Assembly: GCA_021161345.1 (NCBI GenBank)
Contig: JAGHAU010000086.1
Location: 1 to 57,818 of the forward strand
Direction: 5' to 3'
Source of the DNA: Anaerolineales bacterium
GTDB lineage: Bacteria; Chloroflexota; Anaerolineae; Anaerolineales; UBA11858
DNA length: 57,818 bases
In this document: positions 49,685 through 57,818 of the stretch, piece by piece
Numbering within the stretch: position 1 is the first letter of the stretch
Layout: each line of letters starts with the position of its first letter
Program-made: the position numbers and the translations under genes
Notes under the pieces: generated by a model
What the model saw: the letters and a program-made list of their open reading frames with translations, nothing else
Told to the model about the DNA's origin: nothing
Database searches by the model: none

Positions 49685-50680
49685 TTATTCGTCGAACATC
49701 TCGCCGACGCTGCGTCCCTCATGAGCCCTGCGAATGACCTCGCCCAGGAGGGGAGAGATATCCAGGATATCCACTTTGCGCTTCTTCCTGAGGGTTTTTA
49801 TACCTTCAGGAGCTACAGGGACTGAGTTTGTTGTTATCAGATGGGTTATGGGTGACGCGGCCAGTTTCTCGATAGCTGGTTCGGAGAATACTGGATGCAC
49901 GAAAACAGAGAATATTTCCCTGGCGCCATTCTGTTGGGCTACCATGGCTGCTTCTGCCATCGAACCCCCGGTATCCACTTCGTCATCCACGATGATGACA
50001 TCACGGTCGGTGGTATCGCCAATCAGAGATAATGCCTGGGCGGCATTGGTCTTCGTTCGGCGCCGTTTCTCAATGAAGGAAATCGGAACGCCTAATTCGG
50101 CGGCCAGGTTGCGGCCTTTTTTCGCGAATCCAAGGTCGACCGTAAGGACAACCGGGTCTTTCATGGTGGGTAATAATTGGAACAAGCGGTCTTTTAGTAG
50201 ATGGTAGGCGGTTAGAACATCTCCGGGAATGGAGAAGAAACCCTGAATTTGACCGGCGTGCATATCCATGGTCATATAGCGGTCTGCGCCGGCAATTTCG
50301 ATCATATCAGCGACCAAACGAGCTGTAATTGGCACCCTGGGTTTATCTTTTTTATCTGACCGGGTATAGCTAAGGTGGGGGATCACTGCAGTCACCCGGC
50401 CGGCAGAATCTAGTCGCAGAGTTTGTAATGTAATTAACAGCTCCATTAAATTACGGTGGACCGGGCGGGAAGTATTTTGGATTAGGTATACATCCTGCCC
50501 CCGGACGCTGTTATGTAGGCGGACCCAGATATTTTCATTGGGATAATCGATAATATCCCTGCCGCTAATTGGGACGTTAAGGTATTCAGCAATGCCCTGG
50601 GCGACTTCGGGAATTGCTGTCCCGGCGAAGAGCTTGATATCACCGTACATAACGGGATGATGAGAGGTTTTTTGCGCCAT
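49685..50680 (-). CDS. prs: Ribose-phosphate pyrophosphokinase
   Basis: DMHAGQIQGFF and VIIVDDEVDTGGS motifs. The ATG at 50680 avoids overlap with the GNAT gene. Confidence 0.92.
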   Translation of the reverse strand: MAQKTSHHPVMYGDIKLFAGTAIPEVAQGIAEYLNVPISGRDIIDYPNENIWVRLHNSVRGQDVYLIQNTSRPVHRNLMELLITLQTLRLDSAGRVTAVIPHLSYTRSDKKDKPRVPITARLVADMIEIAGADRYMTMDMHAGQIQGFFSIPGDVLTAYHLLKDRLFQLLPTMKDPVVLTVDLGFAKKGRNLAAELGVPISFIEKRRRTKTNAAQALSLIGDTTDRDVIIVDDEVDTGGSMAEAAMVAQQNGAREIFSVFVHPVFSEPAIEKLAASPITHLITTNSVPVAPEGIKTLRKKRKVDILDISPLLGEVIRRAHEGRSVGEMFDE

Positions 50681-50694
50681 AAGGGATTCCTTTA

Positions 50695-51240
50695 TTATTG
50701 TTCCTGCCATTCACTTTTTAACATACTCATTATAATAACATCCACATATTTTCCATCAAGGTATTGGGCCTGGCGGAATATTCCTTCTTGTGTGAAACCG
50801 GCTTTTTCGTATGAACGCATCGCTTGTTGATTGGTTTCAAATACCCGCAGCCAGATCCGGTGCAGGTTAAGATTTTCAAAGCCATGTTTTATGATAAGAC
50901 GCATGGCATTGGTGCCAAAGCCTTGATTCCAGTATCCCTTTTCACCAATGAAGATTCCTACTTCAGAAGAGCGGTTTTGCCAATCTATTTGAATGAGGCC
51001 GCAATTGCCTACAAAGATCCACTCATCTACTTGTGGATCTGGCTGGATCTCTATTGCCATCGGCCTTTCATAAGAAGACCTCTTTAATAAATTCTCAAAC
51101 CAATTTTCTTCTTCAGCCAGGGATAGAGGTACAACCATTGATAACCCATATTTTATTTCAGGATCGTTCAGCCATTTGACGAATTTTGGCAGATCCTCTT
51201 TTTCAATGGCCCGAAAGCGTAACTGGTCACCAAGTATCAT
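50695..51240 (-). CDS. GNAT-family N-acetyltransferase (RimJ/RimL-like)
   Basis: ...WNQGFGTNAMRLIIKHGFENLNLHRIWLRVFETNQQAMRSYEKAGF. Confidence 0.85.
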   Translation of the reverse strand: MILGDQLRFRAIEKEDLPKFVKWLNDPEIKYGLSMVVPLSLAEEENWFENLLKRSSYERPMAIEIQPDPQVDEWIFVGNCGLIQIDWQNRSSEVGIFIGEKGYWNQGFGTNAMRLIIKHGFENLNLHRIWLRVFETNQQAMRSYEKAGFTQEGIFRQAQYLDGKYVDVIIMSMLKSEWQEQ

Positions 51241-52256
51241 AAACCGGCTCCTTGGATCAATTCTTCAACCGCCCGCCAGGGAGAAAGCTCCCTTTTAATG
51301 ACCTTGGCAAGGGCAGCTTGATATATATCTGGTGAGATGCTCTTTTCCCAGCGAGAACGCAGCGCTGTCCCCAACAAGGTTTCTAGCTGGTTCTTCAACC
51401 GCTTTTCTTCTCTCAACTGCCATAGATCGCTGGATTTCAGAAAATCAATATGCGCATTAAGACTGCTCACCAGGTCCGGGATTCCTTCCCCTGATGTGGC
51501 AACTGTAGGAAGTACAGCTGGGATCCAGCCATTTCCGGTTTGATCCGTTTCAGAATCTATCTCCATTAGTTGGCCGTGGTGATTAATGTGTTTTCCTTCA
51601 GGATGGGCCATAGATAGCATGTTCCTGAGGGCGCGGAGAGTGTTCTCTGCGCCAGGTTTATCTGATTTATTAACTACCAGGATGTCGGCAATTTCCAGGA
51701 TGCCGGCTTTTATTGTCTGGATTTCATCCCCTAATCCTGGGGCTTCGACAACGATGGTTGAGTGGGCCAGTCTGGCGATATCCACTTCGGCTTGTCCCGC
51801 ACCGACGGTTTCTATAATAATGATCTCAAACCCGGCGGCGTCGAAGACCTGCACAAGTCCTGCAGTTGCAGCTGCCAGGCCGCCCAGGGAGCCGCGGGAA
51901 GCCATGGAGCGGATGAAAATGCCAGGATCGCCTGTCAGATCCTGCATGCGTACACGGTCGCCCAGAATGGCACCGCCAGTGAATGGGCTGGTTGGATCCA
52001 CTGCCACGATGGCCACCCGGGGAGGGATAGTGCCATCCGCCGGTTGGCGATATGCCAGGGCGAGTTGGTTAACCAGGGTTGATTTACCCGTACCTGGCGC
52101 CCCTGTAACTCCGATCAGGTGGGCTTTTCCGGTATGGGGGAAGAGTGCTTCCAGGATTTCTAACCCTTCAGCGGTATTATTTTCAATTTGGGTCAGGGCG
52201 CGGGTCAAAGCCAGCCGCTCCCCGTTCAGGACCGCTTGGGCGTGGTTTACTGGCAT
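51237..52256 (-). CDS. meaB: Methylmalonyl-CoA mutase-associated G3E GTPase MeaB/ArgK
   Basis: [16 protein letters not shown] and VNKSD motifs. Confidence 0.9.
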   Translation of the reverse strand: MPVNHAQAVLNGERLALTRALTQIENNTAEGLEILEALFPHTGKAHLIGVTGAPGTGKSTLVNQLALAYRQPADGTIPPRVAIVAVDPTSPFTGGAILGDRVRMQDLTGDPGIFIRSMASRGSLGGLAAATAGLVQVFDAAGFEIIIIETVGAGQAEVDIARLAHSTIVVEAPGLGDEIQTIKAGILEIADILVVNKSDKPGAENTLRALRNMLSMAHPEGKHINHHGQLMEIDSETDQTGNGWIPAVLPTVATSGEGIPDLVSSLNAHIDFLKSSDLWQLREEKRLKNQLETLLGTALRSRWEKSISPDIYQAALAKVIKRELSPWRAVEELIQGAGL

Positions 52257-52648
52257 GCCTTTTGGATGTCTTCAATAATAGTCTGGGTGGAGGTGCCTGG
52301 ACCGTATATCCCGTTCACTCCCAACTTAATGAGTTCGGGTTTATCTTGATCTGGAATGATGCCGCCCAGGAAGAGTCTGGTATCATCAAGCCCTTGTTCC
52401 TTGAGCAGTTTAAGTATTTTGGGAACCAAGGTCATATGCGCCCCGGACAGGATGGACAAACCGACCACATGGACGTCTTCCTGGAGGGCGGCCTCTGTTA
52501 TCATTTCCGGAGTTTGGCGCAAACCTGTGTAGATCACTTCCATACCGGCATCTCGCAGAGCCCGGGCGACAACTTTGGCTCCCCTATCATGGCCGTCCAA
52601 TCCGGCTTTTGCAATTAATACTCTGATCTTGTTTTGAGAGTTTCCCAT
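52247..52648 (-). CDS. Stand-alone cobalamin (B12)-binding domain protein (methylmalonyl-CoA mutase small/C-terminal domain type)
   Basis: [25 protein letters not shown] (DxHxxG) motif. The ATG at 52648 lies 5 nt after GGAGG. Confidence 0.85.
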   Translation of the reverse strand: MGNSQNKIRVLIAKAGLDGHDRGAKVVARALRDAGMEVIYTGLRQTPEMITEAALQEDVHVVGLSILSGAHMTLVPKILKLLKEQGLDDTRLFLGGIIPDQDKPELIKLGVNGIYGPGTSTQTIIEDIQKACQ

Positions 52649-52705
52649 ACTGCCTCCAGAGTACATTTGTCCTGAAAAAATTATACCCCAAAGGAGGGGA
52701 GAACT

Positions 52706-53479
52706 TTATTTGAGATCGATCAACAAACTCACCGGACAGTGATCCGAGCCCATGACCTGGTCGTGGATGATCACATCTTCCACCTGATCAACCAGCGCAT
52801 CTGAAATCAAGAAATAATCCAAACGCCAGCCCACGTTGCGCTCCCGGGCACCTCCCCTATAGGTCCACCAGGAGTATTGCTCTTTATCGGGATATAGATT
52901 GCGGAAGATATCCACAAAACCATGCTCAAGGTAAATGTCGATCCATTCCCGTTCTTCTGGTAGGAACCCGGTATTGCCTTCATTGGCCTTGGGATTTTTT
53001 AGATCAATATATTGATGGCAGGTGTTGAAATCACCCCCGATGATGATCTTTTCGCCGTTGGCGTGGAGTTCATCACAAATTTCCAGCAGTTCCTGGTAGA
53101 AATCCAGCTTATACCCGACCCGGATCAAATCCCGTCCACCATTAGGGAAATAGATATTGAAGACCCGAATTCCCGGCAGAAGGGTCTGCATGACCCGGCC
53201 TTCAGAATCAAAGCGGGGAATGCCCAGCCCAATTTCTGTGGCAAGTGGTTCGTTTTTCGCAAATGTAGCCACGCCGCTGTAACCGGGACGTTCTGCAGGA
53301 TTCCAGGTTGGATTCTTTTTTTCGAGTGACTCCCGCTGGGCCGCGGTTAGCTGATCCGGTCGGGCTCTGACTTCCTGCAAACAGAGCAGGTCGGGGTCAT
53401 ATTTCTCCCACCAGGTATCGGCCTTATTCTTAAATGCGGCTCGTAATCCGTTGACATTCCAGCTTGTGATTGTAAACAT
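52706..53479 (-). CDS. xth: Exodeoxyribonuclease III
   Basis: MFTITSWNVNGLRAA N-terminus and ...GSDHCPV C-terminus. Confidence 0.92.
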   Translation of the reverse strand: MFTITSWNVNGLRAAFKNKADTWWEKYDPDLLCLQEVRARPDQLTAAQRESLEKKNPTWNPAERPGYSGVATFAKNEPLATEIGLGIPRFDSEGRVMQTLLPGIRVFNIYFPNGGRDLIRVGYKLDFYQELLEICDELHANGEKIIIGGDFNTCHQYIDLKNPKANEGNTGFLPEEREWIDIYLEHGFVDIFRNLYPDKEQYSWWTYRGGARERNVGWRLDYFLISDALVDQVEDVIIHDQVMGSDHCPVSLLIDLK

Positions 53480-53797
53480 CTTTTGATTGTAACCCATTTA
53501 CGGAACAGTTTCTTCAAGGGAAACCGCATCGTTTTTTTAGTACGATTTTCGATCCTGTCCAATGACTCAAGTTGTGGGCTGATAAAAAAAGACTGGACTG
53601 AATCCGGTTTAGATAGCAGAGATATAGATCTGACTTTAATTGAGAAAACATGCTAAATATGTCCCACAAAGGTGGGATTTAGCGATATCATCCACGAGTT
53701 TACTCGTTGGATAAGTGATGCTAATGAATAATTGTCCTCGGATTAGAACATTCAAAAAAATACGTAAGATTCCAGTTGAAATAATCATCTAACACAT

Positions 53798-54793
53798 GTG
53801 AAACAAAAGATTTCTCTACTCCTGTTTCTCTCCTCCTTAGTAACGGCGTGTGGGCAGATTGGCTCACACGCTGCTGCTTTTCCTGAACCGAAGCTGTATC
53901 GATTGCAGCCGGGGGAGCTGGTGCTGGCGGCATCTGAAGCTGATATCCCGTCCATCCAGGCAGAGGATAATTATTTCGTGCAGGTTGAGAGGGCGGATCT
54001 GGAAGACACAGACCTGGTTGTTGGCCTATTTATTGGTGGAGAATCCAGGGCTTATCCAGTCCGCCTTCTCAGTTTGCACGAAGTGGTAAATGATCGGATT
54101 GGTGAGAAGGCCATTGCCGTGACCTGGTGTCCACTGTGTTACTCGCCCGTGGTTTATGACCGAATTGTAGATGGGCAGGAGCTTTCATTCCGTGCTTCAG
54201 GTTATTTGCTGCATAATAATCTTGTGCTGGTAGACCATCCTACTGATACACTCTGGAGCCAGCTGTTAGGGCAGGGGATCCGGGGAGCTCTGCGAGGATC
54301 GGTGCTTATGGTGATCCCATCCACCGTCACAACCTGGGAGATTTGGCGTGAGAACTACCCGGATTCCAGGGTCTTATCGGCTGAGAGAATCGGTTATGAG
54401 GGGGATCTCCCCGATCCTTATGGGGGCTACTTTAGCAGTGGGGCGGCAGGATTGGGTGGTGCCGGAGAAATCGATCCCCGTCTGCCCGCCAAAACTCTGA
54501 TCCTTGGTCTGGTATCAGGTGAGGACATCAAGGCCTACCCCGTGGATCTGATAAGGGAACAGCGGATCATAGTGGACCAGGTTGGCGATTTTACCTTCAG
54601 CATTGTCTGGGATGAAAAAAAAGGTATTGGAAGAACTTTCCTGGGGGATATCTCTCAAGACACGCCGGAAAAAGGAATGATTGATTTTGATTCTTTGACC
54701 CCGGTTCCAGCTCAACTGGTATACTGGTTTGCCTGGACAGGTTTTTATCCGGAGTCCGATCTTTACCGCTCCAGTGATAGACCCGATACTTAA
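53798..54793 (+). CDS. DUF3179-family lipoprotein
   Basis: Lipobox VTAC and the TWCPLC motif typical of DUF3179. GTG start. Confidence 0.7.
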   Translation: MKQKISLLLFLSSLVTACGQIGSHAAAFPEPKLYRLQPGELVLAASEADIPSIQAEDNYFVQVERADLEDTDLVVGLFIGGESRAYPVRLLSLHEVVNDRIGEKAIAVTWCPLCYSPVVYDRIVDGQELSFRASGYLLHNNLVLVDHPTDTLWSQLLGQGIRGALRGSVLMVIPSTVTTWEIWRENYPDSRVLSAERIGYEGDLPDPYGGYFSSGAAGLGGAGEIDPRLPAKTLILGLVSGEDIKAYPVDLIREQRIIVDQVGDFTFSIVWDEKKGIGRTFLGDISQDTPEKGMIDFDSLTPVPAQLVYWFAWTGFYPESDLYRSSDRPDT

Positions 54794-54922
54794 AAAAGGT
54801 CAATGTTGGATAAAATCAACAAATACCGGATCACAATCATAAAGTTTACGGTTTTTTGATACTTTTCGCGAGAGAAAAAATCCAGAACATCAACTCTTTA
54901 TATATTACTTAGGGGAAGGCCA

Positions 54923-55744
54923 TTGAGCACGGAAATAGATAAAAAAAATAATTCAGACAGAGACCACAAAACACACCAAAAGCGGCGGCTGAAAATCCCT
55001 GGCGTCTCAAATTACCGCGACCTGGGCGGATATCAAACCCTTGATGGTCTGACGGTTAAGTGGGGACAACTTTACCGATCGGGGCACCTGACTAATCTGA
55101 CATCTCGTGGACTGGATATTATCTCTGATTTCGATCTTTATGCCATCATTAATTTCCGGTCTAATTTTGAATCTGCCCGCCAGCCCAAACGGGTACTGGT
55201 AGGGCCCAAGTTGATCCATTTACCGATCATGGATCAAGCAAATCGAGAAATGTCAAAAGAAATCCGGGAGAGAATTCAAAATAAAAACTACGATGGATTT
55301 ATCCCGGACCGCCTGATCCTCAAATCATATCAGCAGTTCCCGACCGATTTCAACCCGGCATTCAGGACGTTCCTGCACACCGTGCGGGATGCTGGCGGAA
55401 AGCCTGTCCTGTGGCACTGTACAGCCGGGAAAGACAGAACAGGTTACGCAGCGGCTATTCTGCTGCGTTTGCTGGGCGTAGATCAATCCGTTATTTACCA
55501 GGATTACCTTCTCAGTAATCAATATGTCAACCCGATCAATAGACAGGTATTGGCAGCGATCATTGCCAGGGGGTATAAAGCCTATCGGATGATCAGGCCA
55601 ATGATGAGTGTCCAGCAGAAATGGCTCATGGCTTCATTTGAATCCATTGAGAAAGAATGGGGAAGTTTTGAAGCCTATGTCAGTGATGGACTTGATCTCA
55701 GCTCTTCTGATGTGGAGCAAATGCGAAATGTACTATTGGAATAG
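54923..55744 (+). CDS. Protein tyrosine/serine phosphatase (CX5R)
   Basis: HCTAGKDRTG motif. TTG start follows AGGGGAAGG. Confidence 0.8.
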   Translation: MSTEIDKKNNSDRDHKTHQKRRLKIPGVSNYRDLGGYQTLDGLTVKWGQLYRSGHLTNLTSRGLDIISDFDLYAIINFRSNFESARQPKRVLVGPKLIHLPIMDQANREMSKEIRERIQNKNYDGFIPDRLILKSYQQFPTDFNPAFRTFLHTVRDAGGKPVLWHCTAGKDRTGYAAAILLRLLGVDQSVIYQDYLLSNQYVNPINRQVLAAIIARGYKAYRMIRPMMSVQQKWLMASFESIEKEWGSFEAYVSDGLDLSSSDVEQMRNVLLE

Positions 55745-55807
55745 CGTGCTAAGATCAAACAGGTGATGTTACAATAATTTCCCGGATATTAGTATTCAGG
55801 AAATATT

Positions 55808-57037
55808 ATGTCCAACCCCTTTGTGATCTCCCAACAAACAGCTCGTCGTACTCTTCTAGCCTGCCAGGGTTTATACCCGCCCCGGTCCTGGTCTGGTAAA
55901 AGGGGCGCAAAAACCTATCTGAAGAAGGTGCGCTCGATCCAGTTCGATCCCATTAATGTTGTGGGACGAAATCCTGATCTTGTTTTACAGTCTCGAGTGA
56001 AGGATTTTCGGCCCGAATTATTGGATGAGCTCCTGTACAAAGACCGCTATATGGTGGATAACTGGGACAAGATGGCCAGCTTGAGCCTGGTGGAGGATTG
56101 GCATTATTTTTCCCACCATCGCACCAGGATGGAAGAGATCTTTGGCGTGCCATCGGATGTGGTGATGAGCCTGGCACCTATTGTGTTGGGCCAGATCCAG
56201 CAGGAAGGGCCGCAGTGTTCCCTGGATTATTGTTTTGAAGAAAAAACAGATTGGTCCTGGGGTCCAACCCGGGTTACAAGGGCCAGCCTGGAAGGGTTAT
56301 TTAAGATAGGTAAATTGGGGGTACATCACCGAGTCAATAACCGGCGTTATTTTGACCTGATCGAAAACCTGCTTCCGGCTGAAGTGCTGAAAACCACTGA
56401 TCCCAACCAGACGCTGGAGCAATACCAGCGCTGGCATGTAAAACGCCGGATCAACGCCCTGGGATTGGCCCATCCCAATGCCGGAGAACATTGGGGCGGG
56501 ATGATCGGGGTGAAATCACCACTAAGGCAGCAGATCCTTCAGGAGCTGGCTGAAGATGGCGATCTGCTGAAAGTTGAAGTGGAAGAATTACCGGGAGACG
56601 TCTTCTACCTCCGCCAGGAGGATAAAAAACTCATCAATCGGTCCAAAAAGGATATTACTGCCCTGGAAGCGGCATTTATCGCCCCCCTGGATAACTTGCT
56701 CTGGGACCGGAAAACCGTCAAGCGTATATTTGATTTCAGATATATGTGGGAAGTCTACAAACCCAAAGAGAAGAGGGAATACGGCTATTATGTGCTCCCG
56801 GTGTTGTATGGTGATAGATTTGTGGCACGTTTGGATCCTGGATTTGATAAAAAGACCAGGATACTGACGATCAATAACTGGTGGTGGGAGGATGATGTTA
56901 ATCCTGATGGAGATATGATCTCGGCTCTAAAACGCTGCCTGGGGGATTTTCTGGCCTACTTAGATGCTGATGATTTGAGATTCTCGAAAACGTTGTTAAA
57001 GAAAGGGAATTTGGGATGGCTGGGGGAATTTAAGTGA
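55808..57037 (+). CDS. YcaQ/AlkZ-like winged-helix DNA glycosylase family protein (DUF1006)
   Basis: Family-typical N-terminus RRTLLACQGL...IQFDPINVVGRNPDLVLQSRV and C-terminal YGYYVLPVLYGDRFVARLD. Confidence 0.7.
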   Translation: MSNPFVISQQTARRTLLACQGLYPPRSWSGKRGAKTYLKKVRSIQFDPINVVGRNPDLVLQSRVKDFRPELLDELLYKDRYMVDNWDKMASLSLVEDWHYFSHHRTRMEEIFGVPSDVVMSLAPIVLGQIQQEGPQCSLDYCFEEKTDWSWGPTRVTRASLEGLFKIGKLGVHHRVNNRRYFDLIENLLPAEVLKTTDPNQTLEQYQRWHVKRRINALGLAHPNAGEHWGGMIGVKSPLRQQILQELAEDGDLLKVEVEELPGDVFYLRQEDKKLINRSKKDITALEAAFIAPLDNLLWDRKTVKRIFDFRYMWEVYKPKEKREYGYYVLPVLYGDRFVARLDPGFDKKTRILTINNWWWEDDVNPDGDMISALKRCLGDFLAYLDADDLRFSKTLLKKGNLGWLGEFK

Positions 57038-57050
57038 TGAAAAGGAAGAG

Positions 57051-57614
57051 ATGATGATCACAAAAGAAAGAGCAATAGAGATTCTGCATGAAAATATCCA
57101 AAACAAGAATCTTCGGAAGCACCATTATGCTGTGGCGGCAGCCATGAAGAGACTTGCTCTGGAATTGGAGGGGAATCCCGCTGTTTGGGAGATTGTGGGT
57201 TTGCTGCATGACGCTGATTATGAAAAAACCAAGGACCAGATAGACCAGCATACTCTCCTGCTGGGGGAGATACTGGCAGGCGAAGATCTGGATGACGAGA
57301 TCATCCGCTCCATCCAATCCCATGCTTCTGAATATTCTGGTGTTTTACCATCAACTGCCATGGACTATGCCCTGCTGAGCTGTGATGATCTGACCGGGTT
57401 GATTGTTGCGACAGCGCTGATGAATCCGGAAAAGCTGGCTGGAGTGAAAGTTAGCTCAGTGTTAAAGAAATTCAAAAATAAATCTTTTGCTGCCAGTGTT
57501 AATAGGGACAAGATAAGAAAATGTGAAAAGAACCTGGATATAGATCTGGAACGTTTCGTGGGTCTTGTGCTTGAGGCCATGCAAGCGGAGGCTGAACTGC
57601 TGGGTTTGAATTAA
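57051..57614 (+). CDS. HD-domain metal-dependent phosphohydrolase
   Basis: HHYAVAAAM...GLLHDADYE (H...HD) motif. Confidence 0.7.
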   Translation: MMITKERAIEILHENIQNKNLRKHHYAVAAAMKRLALELEGNPAVWEIVGLLHDADYEKTKDQIDQHTLLLGEILAGEDLDDEIIRSIQSHASEYSGVLPSTAMDYALLSCDDLTGLIVATALMNPEKLAGVKVSSVLKKFKNKSFAASVNRDKIRKCEKNLDIDLERFVGLVLEAMQAEAELLGLN

Positions 57615-57637
57615 CGGTTTGCTTATTAGGAGATAAA

Positions 57638-57818
57638 ATGGCTGACAGGAAATTAAATACCAGGAGGCTGGGAAAGAGCGATTTCCAGGTGACCGAGATC
57701 GGAATTGGATTATGGGCGATCGGGGGGAGTGAATGGGGGCCGGTAGACGATCAGAACTCTCTGGATACCATAGAAGCGGCCTTGAAGTCCGGGATCACTT
57801 TTTTTGATACAGCGGATG
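57638..57818 (+). CDS. Aldo/keto reductase (5' partial, runs off the window)
   Basis: RRLGKSDFQVTEIGIGLWAIGG...LDTIEAALKSGITFFDTAD. AGGAGA Shine-Dalgarno sequence upstream. Confidence 0.75.
   Translation, partial: MADRKLNTRRLGKSDFQVTEIGIGLWAIGGSEWGPVDDQNSLDTIEAALKSGITFFDTAD

Overview
This 57.8-kb window is a chromosomal segment from a free-living bacterium. The giant SecA, NfnAB and many lipobox proteins hint at a Chloroflexota/Anaerolineae-like organism, but that is inference only. I found no rRNA, tRNA, CRISPR array, transposase, integrase or phage genes by eye. Most of the window is housekeeping: ldh, proBA, ftsH, birA, gyrA, nfnAB, murJ, secA, add, mutM, prs, xth. Accessory modules are interleaved. 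(1) A metal-homeostasis island at 4.6-11.4 kb holds a DtxR-family regulator, an RcnA-like Ni/Co exporter fused to a TolB-like beta-propeller, a tandem-FeoA protein, FeoB and a Cys-rich FeoC-like protein. (2) A MarR gene is followed by a heterodimeric ABC exporter, with a convergent MATE pump. (3) There are PadR + HAAS-type membrane sensor and MerR/TipA + glyoxalase regulatory pairs. (4) Several lipoprotein genes are present. I cannot point to a clear-cut new defence or mobile system. The most unusual items are listed here. First, a two-gene module (1159-2428) pairs a 3-TM membrane protein with a small Ras-like GTPase that has non-canonical G3/G4 motifs. Second, the RcnA/TolB-propeller fusion. 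Third, a 1363-aa SecA with several large insertions. Fourth, a ~110-nt intergenic array of five back-to-back hairpins with alternative pairings (11466-11570). Fifth, there is a striking density of decayed genes. These include a small ORF interrupted by two in-frame TGA codons and a cutA pseudogene whose in-frame TGA sits on the conserved Trp. Gene remnants also lie at the left edge. All calls rest on motif recognition in the supplied translations; no database search was run.
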